Shown here: positions 1 through 8,779 of the stretch, piece after piece | Position numbering within the stretch: the stretch's first letter is position 1 | Layout of the letters: each line of letters begins with the position of its first letter | Assembly: GCA_963666275.2 (NCBI GenBank) | Contig: CAXXOA010000001.1 | Span: 224,001 to 288,000 of the forward strand | Reading direction: 5' to 3' | DNA from: Oceanispirochaeta sp. | Lineage (GTDB): Bacteria; Spirochaetota; Spirochaetia; DSM-2461 | DNA: 64,000 nucleotides | Made by a program: the position numbers and the translations under genes | Notes under the pieces: model-generated | Told to the model about the DNA's origin: nothing | What the model saw: the letters and a program-made list of their open reading frames with translations, nothing else | Database searches by the model: none

Positions 1-32
1 AATGATCCACAATAAAAGGGAGATAGGAACCA

Positions 33-1382
33 ATGGATATTGAAAAAATGATTGCCAATGCGAGAACTGCCCAGGCTCAGCTGGAAACATACAGCCAGGA
101 GGAACTGGATCTGCTGGTAAAAAGGATTGCCAAGGTTGTTTTTGATAATGCGGAAGTCTTTGCAAAGATGGCTGTAGAGGAATCGGGAATGGGCACCTAT
201 GAATCCAAGGTGCTTAAGAAAAAGGGCAAATCGAGAATCCTCTGGCATAGTCTGAAAGGAAAAAAGTCGGTGGGTGTTTTATCGGATGATCCAGAAACAG
301 GGATTATCGAGATTGCAAAACCGGTGGGGATAATCGGTGCTATTCAGCCCTGTACCAATCCTATTGTAACTCCCATGGCCAATGCCATGAATGCTGTGAA
401 ATGCGGCAATGCCATCATTATTGCTCCCCATCCCCGGACTGTTAACTGCACTCAGGTCTATGTGGACATGATCTATAAAGCCTGGGAAGGTCTGAAATAT
501 CCGGAAAATATCATACAGTGTTTTGTTCCCCGTAATGTTGAGGAAACCCAGACCCTGATGAAAGCGGTCGATGTTATTGTTGCCACAGGTGGACCGGGAA
601 TGGTGAAAGCTGCCTATTCCAGCGGTAAACCTTCATTCGGAGTGGGACCTGGAAATGTACAGTGCATTCTGGATCGGGACATCTCAATTCCCGAGGCGGT
701 GGAAAAAATTATTACAGGCCGTACTTTTGACAACGGCATTATCTGCTCGGGAGAGCAGACTATTATCTATCCCGGGGAATTAAAAGATTCACTTTATGAG
801 GAACTGGGCAAGGCGAACTGCATAATCCTTACAGAGCAGGCAGATATCACAAAGCTGGAAAGGGTTCTGTTTGCTGATGGGCATATCCATAAGGATGCTG
901 TTGGAAAAAGCCCGGTCTATCTGGCAGAGAAAGCGGGAATTTCCGTAGATCCCGCCACGAAAATTCTCATGATCCCTGTGGATAAGGAAAATACATCCAG
1001 CCTGTTCCGGAAAGAGAAGATGTTTCCGGTCATTGCTCTTTTCGAATACGACGATTTTCAGGAGGCAGTTGATACAGCGGTTTACAATCTGAATATAGAA
1101 GGAAAAGGCCATTCGGTTTCCATTCATTCCCATAACCCGGAAAATATAACTCTTTTTGGAAAACAGGCTCCGGTGAGCAGAGTCGTGGTAAATGCCGTCG
1201 CGGCAACTACGGCCGGTGGAGCTTTTACCAACGGACTGAATCCCACCAGTACTCTCGGATGCGGCTCCTGGGGAAATAACAGCATTTCGGAAAACTTTTA
1301 TTACAAACACTGCATGAACGTCACAAGGATTGCCAGACCCATCGACGGGAATATCCCGTCAGATGATGAACTCTGGTCTTAA
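33..1382 (+). CDS. CoA-acylating aldehyde dehydrogenase (succinyl-CoA reductase / SauS-like family)
   Basis: 449 aa; PCTNP, ATGGPGMVKAAYSSGKP, catalytic FDNGIICSGEQ, EKMFPV and LGCGSWGNNSISEN motifs of the acylating ALDH family; SD-like GGGAG upstream. Confidence 0.85.
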   Translation: MDIEKMIANARTAQAQLETYSQEELDLLVKRIAKVVFDNAEVFAKMAVEESGMGTYESKVLKKKGKSRILWHSLKGKKSVGVLSDDPETGIIEIAKPVGIIGAIQPCTNPIVTPMANAMNAVKCGNAIIIAPHPRTVNCTQVYVDMIYKAWEGLKYPENIIQCFVPRNVEETQTLMKAVDVIVATGGPGMVKAAYSSGKPSFGVGPGNVQCILDRDISIPEAVEKIITGRTFDNGIICSGEQTIIYPGELKDSLYEELGKANCIILTEQADITKLERVLFADGHIHKDAVGKSPVYLAEKAGISVDPATKILMIPVDKENTSSLFRKEKMFPVIALFEYDDFQEAVDTAVYNLNIEGKGHSVSIHSHNPENITLFGKQAPVSRVVVNAVAATTAGGAFTNGLNPTSTLGCGSWGNNSISENFYYKHCMNVTRIARPIDGNIPSDDELWS

Positions 1383-1391
1383 GGAGTTTCT

Positions 1392-2549
1392 ATGAATTTG
1401 ATGGAATACAAAGCTCAGGAGCTTTTTGGAAGATTCGGTCTTCCCGCCAATAGGGGAGTCCTGGTTCAATCAGTGGAAGAGCTGGCAAAGACCATGAACA
1501 GCCTGACTTACCCCCTTGTTCTGAAGGCCCAGGTGGAGACGGGAGGCCGGGGAAAGGCAGGCGGTGTCAGGATTGTAAAAAACAAGGACAAACTGCTTGA
1601 AGAAGCGGATGCCATTCTGAATCTCAATATAAACGGCTTTGATGTAAAAAAGCTTTATGTTGTGGAAGCTCTGAATTTTCAGAGGGAAATGTATGTCAGT
1701 ATCATTTTCGACCGGGCCGAGAAGGTGCCTCTTCTGATCTTCTGCGGAAACGGCGGGGTGGATATCAATGAGATCGCCGAAGAGCACCCGGAAGATATTA
1801 TCCGCTATCACCTGATGCCGGGCATGGGAATCCGGGGATACATGACCGATTATATTCTGGATAAAAGCGGTATGAGCCGCAATTTGAAGGAGTCTCTTCA
1901 GGATATTCTGGAAAAACTCTACGCGCTCTTTCTGGAAAAAAATGCCCTCCTTGTGGAAGTGAATCCTCTGGTTCTGACAGATAAGGGTGAACTTGTGCTT
2001 CTGGACGGAAAAATCACGGTCGATGACAACGCCCTTTTCAGGCATGAAGATCTCCTGGCGTATCGGGACGAAATGGAGGACAATCCTCTGATCCTCGATG
2101 CACGGGCTAACAGGTTCCTTTATATACCCATTGAAGACGCTGGTACGATCGGTGTCATCAGTAATGGTTCAGGTATGATTATGTCCAGTATCGATCTGAT
2201 CAGCCGGAAGAATCTGACTGTGAAGTGCGCCCTTGATCTTGGCGGCGGCGCCACGGCGGAAAGGATCAAGGAAGCCGTCAGGATTGTATTAAGCAACCCC
2301 GATGTGAAACTTCTTTTTATCAATATTTTCGGCGGCATAACCAGATGTGATGAAATCGCCAGGGGAGTCAAACTGGCATATGCGGAGGCCGACTATACGA
2401 TCCCCCTCGTTCTGCGTCTGGAAGGGACCAACAAGGAAGCCGGCCTTGAGATTATAGAATCTCTCCCTGTCAGTTTTCAACTTTCTGACGATCTGGTAGA
2501 CGGCGTAGAGAAAATTGTGGAAATAAGCGCAGTGGGGGAACAGCTATGA
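1392..2549 (+). CDS. sucC: ADP-forming acyl-CoA ligase beta subunit (succinyl-CoA synthetase beta family, divergent)
   Basis: [12 protein letters not shown] start, [18 protein letters not shown]-grasp, [44 protein letters not shown]. Confidence 0.85.
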   Translation: MNLMEYKAQELFGRFGLPANRGVLVQSVEELAKTMNSLTYPLVLKAQVETGGRGKAGGVRIVKNKDKLLEEADAILNLNINGFDVKKLYVVEALNFQREMYVSIIFDRAEKVPLLIFCGNGGVDINEIAEEHPEDIIRYHLMPGMGIRGYMTDYILDKSGMSRNLKESLQDILEKLYALFLEKNALLVEVNPLVLTDKGELVLLDGKITVDDNALFRHEDLLAYRDEMEDNPLILDARANRFLYIPIEDAGTIGVISNGSGMIMSSIDLISRKNLTVKCALDLGGGATAERIKEAVRIVLSNPDVKLLFINIFGGITRCDEIARGVKLAYAEADYTIPLVLRLEGTNKEAGLEIIESLPVSFQLSDDLVDGVEKIVEISAVGEQL

Positions 2550-3421
2550 GTGTACTGGTAGATGAAAAAACGCGTCTGATCGTTCAGGGCATCACAGGAA
2601 GGGAAGGCCGTTTCCATACGGAGCAGATGCTGGAATACGGAGTTGCTGTTGTTGCGGGCGTGACCCCCGGCAAAGGCGGTACTTCCGTTGAGGGAGTACC
2701 TGTCTACAATACGGTCCGGGAAGCTATGGAACAGCATGATGCCAATGCCGTGGTGGTGTTTGTTCCTCCGAAGGCAATGAAAACGGCGGCGCAGGAGTCT
2801 ATAGAAACGGGCGTCCCTCTTGTTATTACCATTGCAGAGGGTGTTCCTGTTCTGGATATGTATTATCTGTCCCATCTGGCTAAGCAGAGGGGGGTAAGGC
2901 TCATCGGGCCGAACTCTTTCGGGATTATTTCTCCGGGAAAATCCAAAGCGGGATTTATGTCCCATCGGATCTTTTCTCCCGGCAGAGTGGGGATCCTTTC
3001 CAGAAGCGCCACCAATGCATATGAAACCGTATTCAGGATGACCAATAACGGTATAGGTCAGTCCACGGTTATCGGTGTCGGCGGGGATATGATCCCGGGG
3101 AGTACTTTTTCTGATCTTCTGCCTCTGCTTGAGGAGGATGACCAGACCGACCTTATTGTCATTATCGGTGAGATCGGCGGCAGTGAGGAAGAAAAGGCCG
3201 CAGAGTATATCAAATCTCATGTAACCAAGCCGGTGGTGGCTCTTATAGCCGGAAAAAATGCCCCGAAAGGGAGAAGTATGGGACATGCGGGAGCTATCGT
3301 TTCTCCCAATGGAGAAGGAAGCGCCGAAATGAAAGAGGCGAAACTGACAGAGGCAGGAGTCAGGATCGCAGAAAGTACGACGCATATTACGGATCTTGTG
3401 AAAGAGATCCTGGCCGGCTGA
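2546..3421 (+). CDS. sucD: ADP-forming acyl-CoA ligase alpha subunit (succinyl-CoA synthetase alpha family, divergent)
   Basis: [22 protein letters not shown] and phospho-His motif MGHAGA; ATGA overlap with the beta gene. Confidence 0.85.
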   Translation: MSVLVDEKTRLIVQGITGREGRFHTEQMLEYGVAVVAGVTPGKGGTSVEGVPVYNTVREAMEQHDANAVVVFVPPKAMKTAAQESIETGVPLVITIAEGVPVLDMYYLSHLAKQRGVRLIGPNSFGIISPGKSKAGFMSHRIFSPGRVGILSRSATNAYETVFRMTNNGIGQSTVIGVGGDMIPGSTFSDLLPLLEEDDQTDLIVIIGEIGGSEEEKAAEYIKSHVTKPVVALIAGKNAPKGRSMGHAGAIVSPNGEGSAEMKEAKLTEAGVRIAESTTHITDLVKEILAG

Positions 3422-3460
3422 ATAAGCCGGTATTGAACACAGTAAATTAAGGAAGGTTCC

Positions 3461-4708
3461 ATGACGATTGATATCCCTTACAAAAAAACGGTTTTACCCA
3501 TAACTCTCCCGGATAGTATTGATTTTCAATGTCTGGAGCCTTCCTTTTTTCCTCTCGAGACCAGCCTTGAGCAGATGATCGAAGATTCTCTTGAATCTCC
3601 TGTTTCCAGCGTTCCGTTCAGGGAATTCCTGAGAGGTTCGGGAGACCTACTGGTCATAGTCAATGACGGAACCAGACCGACTCCGACAAGGCTTATACTT
3701 GAAGAGATTGCGGATGATCTGGAAAAGTATGGTGCACAGTTCATTATCGCCACGGGAGTGCACAGAGCTCCTACGGATCAGGAGTTCCGGTATATCTTTG
3801 GTAATACCTATGAGCGGTTCCGGGAAAGGATCCTTGTTCATGATGCCAGAAAAACAGAAGATCTGGAGTATTATGGCGAATCAAAGCAGGGAACACCGAT
3901 TTATCTCAATAAACATTGCGGTCTTTCCGGAAAAATCCTGGTAATAGGATCGGTGGAACCCCACTATTTTGCGGGATATACAGGAGGGAGGAAAGGTTTT
4001 TTCCCGGGGATAGCCGGTTTCGAAACCATCGAAGCCAATCACAAACTCGCCCTTGATCCCTCTGCAAAAACCCTGAAACTGAAAGGGAATCCCGTCCATG
4101 AGGATATGATGGACTGCCTGAAATGCCTTGAAGGCAAAGAGGTTTTCGGCATTATGACAGTGCTGGATAAATTCCATCAGATATATGCAGTCTCATCAGG
4201 TGACCTGATAGAGTCCTTTTACGGGGCAATAGATAAGGCAGATGAAATTTTTGTTACTCCTGTAGAGAAAAAAGCGGATATTGTGATTTCCTGTGCAAAG
4301 TACCCTATGGATGTGGATCTTTATCAGTCTCAGAAAGCAATCGATAACGGGAAACTGGCATTGAAGGAGGGAGGGATCCTCTATGTGGTATCCTCATGCA
4401 ATGACGGTTTGGGAGAGAAAGCTTTCTCCCGTCTTCTCAGCTCTTCTGATTCTCCTCAGGGAGTTTTGGAGCATATCGAAAAGGAGTATCGTCTCGGGTA
4501 TCACAAAGCTGCCAAAATGGCTGAAGTGTTCACCTGGGCGGATGTCCGCCTGTATTCCGATTTGGATGATCAGACAGTCCGGGATCTGTTTATGACTCCC
4601 CTGGAAGATCTTCAGAGGGATATTCTGAAATCCATAGAAGACTCAGGTGAAAATGTTTCAGTTATTTTCATTCCTGACGGATGCGTGACTGTTCCATACA
4701 GCAATTAG
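3461..4708 (+). CDS. larA: LarA-family nickel-pincer-dependent 2-hydroxy acid racemase/epimerase
   Basis: NDGTRPTP, ATGVHR, VEPHYFAGYTGGRK, IEANH and DLYQSQKA match the conserved LarA active-site segments. Confidence 0.8.
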   Translation: MTIDIPYKKTVLPITLPDSIDFQCLEPSFFPLETSLEQMIEDSLESPVSSVPFREFLRGSGDLLVIVNDGTRPTPTRLILEEIADDLEKYGAQFIIATGVHRAPTDQEFRYIFGNTYERFRERILVHDARKTEDLEYYGESKQGTPIYLNKHCGLSGKILVIGSVEPHYFAGYTGGRKGFFPGIAGFETIEANHKLALDPSAKTLKLKGNPVHEDMMDCLKCLEGKEVFGIMTVLDKFHQIYAVSSGDLIESFYGAIDKADEIFVTPVEKKADIVISCAKYPMDVDLYQSQKAIDNGKLALKEGGILYVVSSCNDGLGEKAFSRLLSSSDSPQGVLEHIEKEYRLGYHKAAKMAEVFTWADVRLYSDLDDQTVRDLFMTPLEDLQRDILKSIEDSGENVSVIFIPDGCVTVPYSN

Positions 4709-4743
4709 GGTTTTCCTGTTATCCTTGCAGCGGCAGGGAATCC

Positions 4744-4926
4744 CTAAAACGGCCCGAACCCGATCCCCACAGCTCCCATCAGAAACAGCAGGGACAGCCC
4801 CGCTATGCCCACCTGTATCTTCCAGGTCCTCCAGAGGCACTATGATGGGCATAACAAGAAAGGCTTTGGCTGAGACGCTGCTTATAAAGATATTCAGTGC
4901 TGGAGTCAGAAAGTATATGTAGAAAG
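4744..4926 (-). pseudogene. Decayed, internally deleted copy of the 3' end of a yfcC-family gene
   Basis: Minus strand gives FYIYFLTPALNIFISSVSAKAFLVMPIIVPL then, after a frame-shifting deletion, TWKIQVGIAGLSLLFLMGAVGIGFGPF*; these align with about 9010-9105 and 8780-8865 of the intact gene (FYIYLLTLALNFFISSASAKAFLVMPIIAPL ... TWKMQVGIAGLSLLFLMGAVAIGFGPY*). Confidence 0.9.
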
Positions 4927-5036
4927 AACCGGTTGAGATCGAAGATTGCGGGACCTGTCAATTCATTCCATAATTCCGGAGGGGTTTGGGATATGTTGGG
5001 AAAGATTGTAATATTCTCACAATTGGGACTACTCAT
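4927..5036 (-). pseudogene. Possible N-terminal fragment of a GNAT/FemAB-like gene fused to the yfcC remnant
   Basis: MSSPNCENITIFPNISQTPPELWNELTGPAIFDLNRFF resembles the I-x-x-I-P-x-x-x-W-N-x-L start of GNAT-like proteins; resemblance only. Confidence 0.3.
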
Positions 5037-5237
5037 AATTGATTTTAAGGTAAACGAGAGATCCTTATAGGTGGTTAGGATAAAGAAATCTATTTTTTTA
5101 ACCAGATGAGCAGTGTGAGGTTGTATAGATGAGTACTGATCGCCCAAAGTTCTTCTAAAAGATGAAACGACATAAATATCAGAGCTGGCTTATTATAAAC
5201 CAGCCCGATTAGGGTGTAATGTCTGGTTGAGCAAGAA

Positions 5238-6179
5238 TCACCGGCTTATGGTCTGCTCCAGAGCATCAATCGAAGTCCTTATTCCCGCTTCCACACTCAT
5301 TGTCAGGTCTTCCATCTCCAGAGAGATAATGCCATTGTACCCGGTCATCCGGACCACTGAAAAGAACTCTTTCCACCACTGAAGATCCTGTCCGCATCCG
5401 ACGGCAACATAGTTCCAGGTCCGGTTCAGCGTATCAGTAACAGGCTTGTATTCCATCAGACCGTTTACATCACAAAGTCCCCGTTCAATCCGGGCATCTT
5501 TTCCGTGTATATGGTAGATCGCTTCTCCTGTCGCTCTTGCAGCGGCGATGGGATCGGCTCCCATGGCTATCAGATGTGAGGGGTCCAGGTTCATTCCGAT
5601 AAGCGGGCCAACGGCATTCCGTAGTTTCATCAGTGTTTCGGTATTATAAACCAGCTGGCAGGGAAATTCCTCCAGAGCAATTTGTTCCACCCCGTGTTTT
5701 TCCGCATGTTTAACAAAATCTTTCCACCAGGGGATAGCAATATCTTCCCACTGGTAGCGGACCGTTTCTACCATATAATCCGGCCAGGATACGGTAGAGG
5801 TGATCCAGTTGGGGGTTGCATCTCCCGGTGCTCCGCCAGGAAGACCGGACATCATTACAATTTTTTTTACCCCGAGTCTGCCGGCCAGCTCAACGGTCTG
5901 ATAGGAAGTCGCTGTATGCTCTTCTCCTATTTTACCCGGAGCCAGAGGGTTGCCCGAGCAGTTCAGGGCGGCAATTTCCATACCCCGTTTGTCCAGTTCC
6001 TGCCGGAATGCCTTAAGTTTATTTTCATCCTTCAGCAGTTCTGTGGTTTTTACATGAGGGCAGGCCGCCCAGCCGCCCGCTGTCATTTCCACATAGTTCA
6101 GTCCATAGCTTTTTACTTTATCCAGCATTTCCGGAAATGAAAGATCTCCCAGAACATCGGTACATAAAGACAGTTCCAT
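5238..6179 (-). CDS. Sugar phosphate isomerase/epimerase family TIM barrel (xylose-isomerase-like; keto-sugar hydratase/eliminase-like)
   Basis: Metal motifs IALEEFP, NLDPSH, HIHGKD, SLEMED; close paralog of 29316-30257. Confidence 0.85.
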   Translation of the reverse strand: MELSLCTDVLGDLSFPEMLDKVKSYGLNYVEMTAGGWAACPHVKTTELLKDENKLKAFRQELDKRGMEIAALNCSGNPLAPGKIGEEHTATSYQTVELAGRLGVKKIVMMSGLPGGAPGDATPNWITSTVSWPDYMVETVRYQWEDIAIPWWKDFVKHAEKHGVEQIALEEFPCQLVYNTETLMKLRNAVGPLIGMNLDPSHLIAMGADPIAAARATGEAIYHIHGKDARIERGLCDVNGLMEYKPVTDTLNRTWNYVAVGCGQDLQWWKEFFSVVRMTGYNGIISLEMEDLTMSVEAGIRTSIDALEQTISR

Positions 6180-6261
6180 TCTTCTCTCCCTTACTTAGCA
6201 TTTTTTTACTTTTTATCAGCCCTGTCTCCTCCCGTTCCCACCGGTCCCGGGAGGGGCTCAA

Positions 6262-7422
6262 TTACTCAAAATCCACCCAGGCGCTGTCCGCATCAGCTGA
6301 CCTGACACAGTTCTCCACCCACTTGATTCCTTCTATACCATCATCAATCCCCGGATAGATCAGATTGTTCAGGGTTACTTCATCGGCCCGTTTTTTTGCA
6401 TCTATGGCAATGGCAAACTTCAGATAGATATTGGCCCAGGATTCCAGGAGTCCTTCTGCATGGAGGGCTCCCAGACGTTCATCCGCATTGCACTGGTCGT
6501 ACAGATAGGGCATGGCGCGGATCATGGTCTGTACAGGTTTACCCTGCTCCTCAAGTATCAGTTCATTGGGCTGGTTATCCCGCCATTCAATGCTGGCTTT
6601 GGAGCCCACAATTCTGATCCGGTGTCCATTCATGCATCCCGCATTCACAGCAGATGTCCATAAACGTCCTACTGCTCCATTATCATATTTCATCATCACA
6701 TACGCGTTATCTTCCAGAGGGGCCCTGTTTGCAATAAAACTCTGTCTGTCGCACATGAGTTTTTTTATTTTTATATGAGGGCAGATCAGATGAGACATAT
6801 AGTAAGTATGAGTCGAGAGATCGCCGATCACAAAGGTAGGTCCCGAGACTTCCGGGTTCATACGCCATATTTTCCCGTTGTCTTCATTAAAAAAACCGTG
6901 GGTGTACTGGAGTTCCACCATCCTAACTTCTCCGATATCACCGTTCAGAACCATCTGACGCATCTGGAGCATCAGGGGATGACCGCTGAATCCGTAGGTA
7001 ACACCGATAATCAGACCCTTTTTGCTGGCCAGTTCTTTTGCGGCATAGCCCTCTTCTCTTTTAAAAAACAGCGGTTTTTCACAGATAACATGAATTCCCG
7101 CTTCAAGAGCGGCCATTGTAATTTCAAAATGGGTGCTGTTAGGAGTGGCTATGGATACCACTTCAATACCGTCTTCCCGTTCCGACTCCCGGGCAAACAT
7201 GGTTTTATAGTCAGGGTAGCATCGTTGAGGATCAACTCCCAGGTTTGTACCGAAATCCCTGCCTCTTTCAGCATCTATATCGAAAGCACCGGCAACAAGA
7301 CTATAGGCAGTATTATCCTTGAGAGCACCTGATCTGTGCTTGTATCCCACTGCACCTGTCCTGCCTCCTCCTACCATTCCCCATCTGAGGGGTGTGTTTA
7401 TTTTCCTTTCACCATTCAACAT
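6262..7422 (-). CDS. Gfo/Idh/MocA family NAD(P)-dependent oxidoreductase
   Basis: GMVGGG Rossmann start, ATPNSTH, HVICEKP, GDLSTH; SD AGGAG upstream. Confidence 0.9.
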   Translation of the reverse strand: MLNGERKINTPLRWGMVGGGRTGAVGYKHRSGALKDNTAYSLVAGAFDIDAERGRDFGTNLGVDPQRCYPDYKTMFARESEREDGIEVVSIATPNSTHFEITMAALEAGIHVICEKPLFFKREEGYAAKELASKKGLIIGVTYGFSGHPLMLQMRQMVLNGDIGEVRMVELQYTHGFFNEDNGKIWRMNPEVSGPTFVIGDLSTHTYYMSHLICPHIKIKKLMCDRQSFIANRAPLEDNAYVMMKYDNGAVGRLWTSAVNAGCMNGHRIRIVGSKASIEWRDNQPNELILEEQGKPVQTMIRAMPYLYDQCNADERLGALHAEGLLESWANIYLKFAIAIDAKKRADEVTLNNLIYPGIDDGIEGIKWVENCVRSADADSAWVDFE

Positions 7423-7542
7423 ATTGATTCTCCTTGATCTGAATAATCCTTGATAACTGGTATCTCTTGTAGCATCTGAATAAAGGATAGACCTGTCTTT
7501 TAGTTAATTGAATGCTCTTCCTTGCTGTGTTTTATATTGATC

Positions 7543-7571
7543 TTGCTCTCAATGTCAGGCCGTTTTATACT
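7543..7571 (+). promoter_or_regulatory. sigma70-type promoter of araC, likely giving a leaderless mRNA
   Basis: TTGCTC-17 nt-TATACT with 6 nt between the -10 box and the ATG at 7578; no SD. Confidence 0.55.
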
Positions 7572-7577
7572 TGAGTT

Positions 7578-8417
7578 ATGATTAGTAAAGAGCCGGGTGT
7601 CATGCCGGGATCCCATTACTTTTTTCTCACTGCAGCGGACACAGTAAGAGAGTTTTATTATTACCTGGTCTGGTGCGGGCATTATTTCTGTAAAAGAGGG
7701 TATTCCATTAAAAGGGAATTCTTCCCGCATCTCCTTCTGGCCTATGTACAGAAAGGGATAATGAAACTGGTTTACCAGGAGGAATCCTATCAGGCAGAAG
7801 AGGGCACTGTTATGCTTATAGACTGTCAGCTTCCTCATCACTATTATTCCACCCCCGGACTGGAGTTCTCCTATTTCCATTTTGACGGAGCCAACTCCCA
7901 TGAGTTCTGCAGGCATCTGATCAGTGAAAACGGATCGCCCGTATTCAGAACATCTGCCAATACGGGGATTGGGATCAGTGTGAATGAAACTGTTGAGAGA
8001 CTCATAGAAAAAGAGGAGATACCTTCAGCGGAAACATCCCGCATTATCTATGAAATTTTGATGCGCATAGCCCAGGGCAATGAAAGCCCGGAGGAGCACT
8101 CCCATTTAGTGAATACTGCTGTCAAATTCATAAATGAGAACGTCCAGGCCAATCTGACTCTGGATGAGATAGCAGAAAAGGTGAATCTCAGCGCCTATTA
8201 TTTTTCCAGGCTTTTTAAAAAACACACAGGCTTTTCTCCTCTGGATTATGCATTGAAATGTAAAATGGACAGAGCTATATTTTTCCTGAAAACCTCAGAC
8301 CTTTCTGTTGGAGAGATCGCCTACCGTTTGGGGTACAGCTCGGAAGCGGCTTTCGGGAACGCTTTTAAAAGAAAAGTGGGGCTGCCGCCGGGAAGATTCA
8401 GGAAAATGACAATTTAA
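7578..8417 (+). CDS. AraC family transcriptional regulator
   Basis: N-terminal cupin-like domain and C-terminal double HTH (LSAYYFSRLFKKHTGFSP ... EIAYRLGYSSEAAFGNAFKRKVGLPPGRFR); divergent from the oxidoreductase operon. Confidence 0.95.
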   Translation: MISKEPGVMPGSHYFFLTAADTVREFYYYLVWCGHYFCKRGYSIKREFFPHLLLAYVQKGIMKLVYQEESYQAEEGTVMLIDCQLPHHYYSTPGLEFSYFHFDGANSHEFCRHLISENGSPVFRTSANTGIGISVNETVERLIEKEEIPSAETSRIIYEILMRIAQGNESPEEHSHLVNTAVKFINENVQANLTLDEIAEKVNLSAYYFSRLFKKHTGFSPLDYALKCKMDRAIFFLKTSDLSVGEIAYRLGYSSEAAFGNAFKRKVGLPPGRFRKMTI

Positions 8418-8779
8418 GAACTCAGGATAGTTGTAAATCTCTCCAATATCCCGGAAAGAGCTCAAAATAGAGCCTATCCATATTGATTTCTTCAAATCGC
8501 TGGAGAAATAGGTACTATTCAAATTGGAATAGGCATTTTAAATATCCCCGAATATTGAGTATCGTATGGGAAAGCATTGCCGGGATATTCATGTACGACA
8601 ACTACCTGGGGCAAGAGAAATACAATCCTGAGAATTGTGGAAGATCAAAATTTCAGAAAGTGAGATTATTCTTTTGTTTTTCCCCCAATATTTTTGACGG
8701 GACCTTTTTGAAGGATCTTAAAAAATCTTGACGTGTGAGATTTTCATTGGTCTGTAGACTGCCTGTCAGTAGCATCTCA

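Noticed and set aside
8418..8779. 82-aa ORF 8483-8731 and stop-riddled frames between araC and yfcC
   Set aside because: No recognisable domain or SD; possibly a decayed gene at the islet edge, but I cannot support a call.
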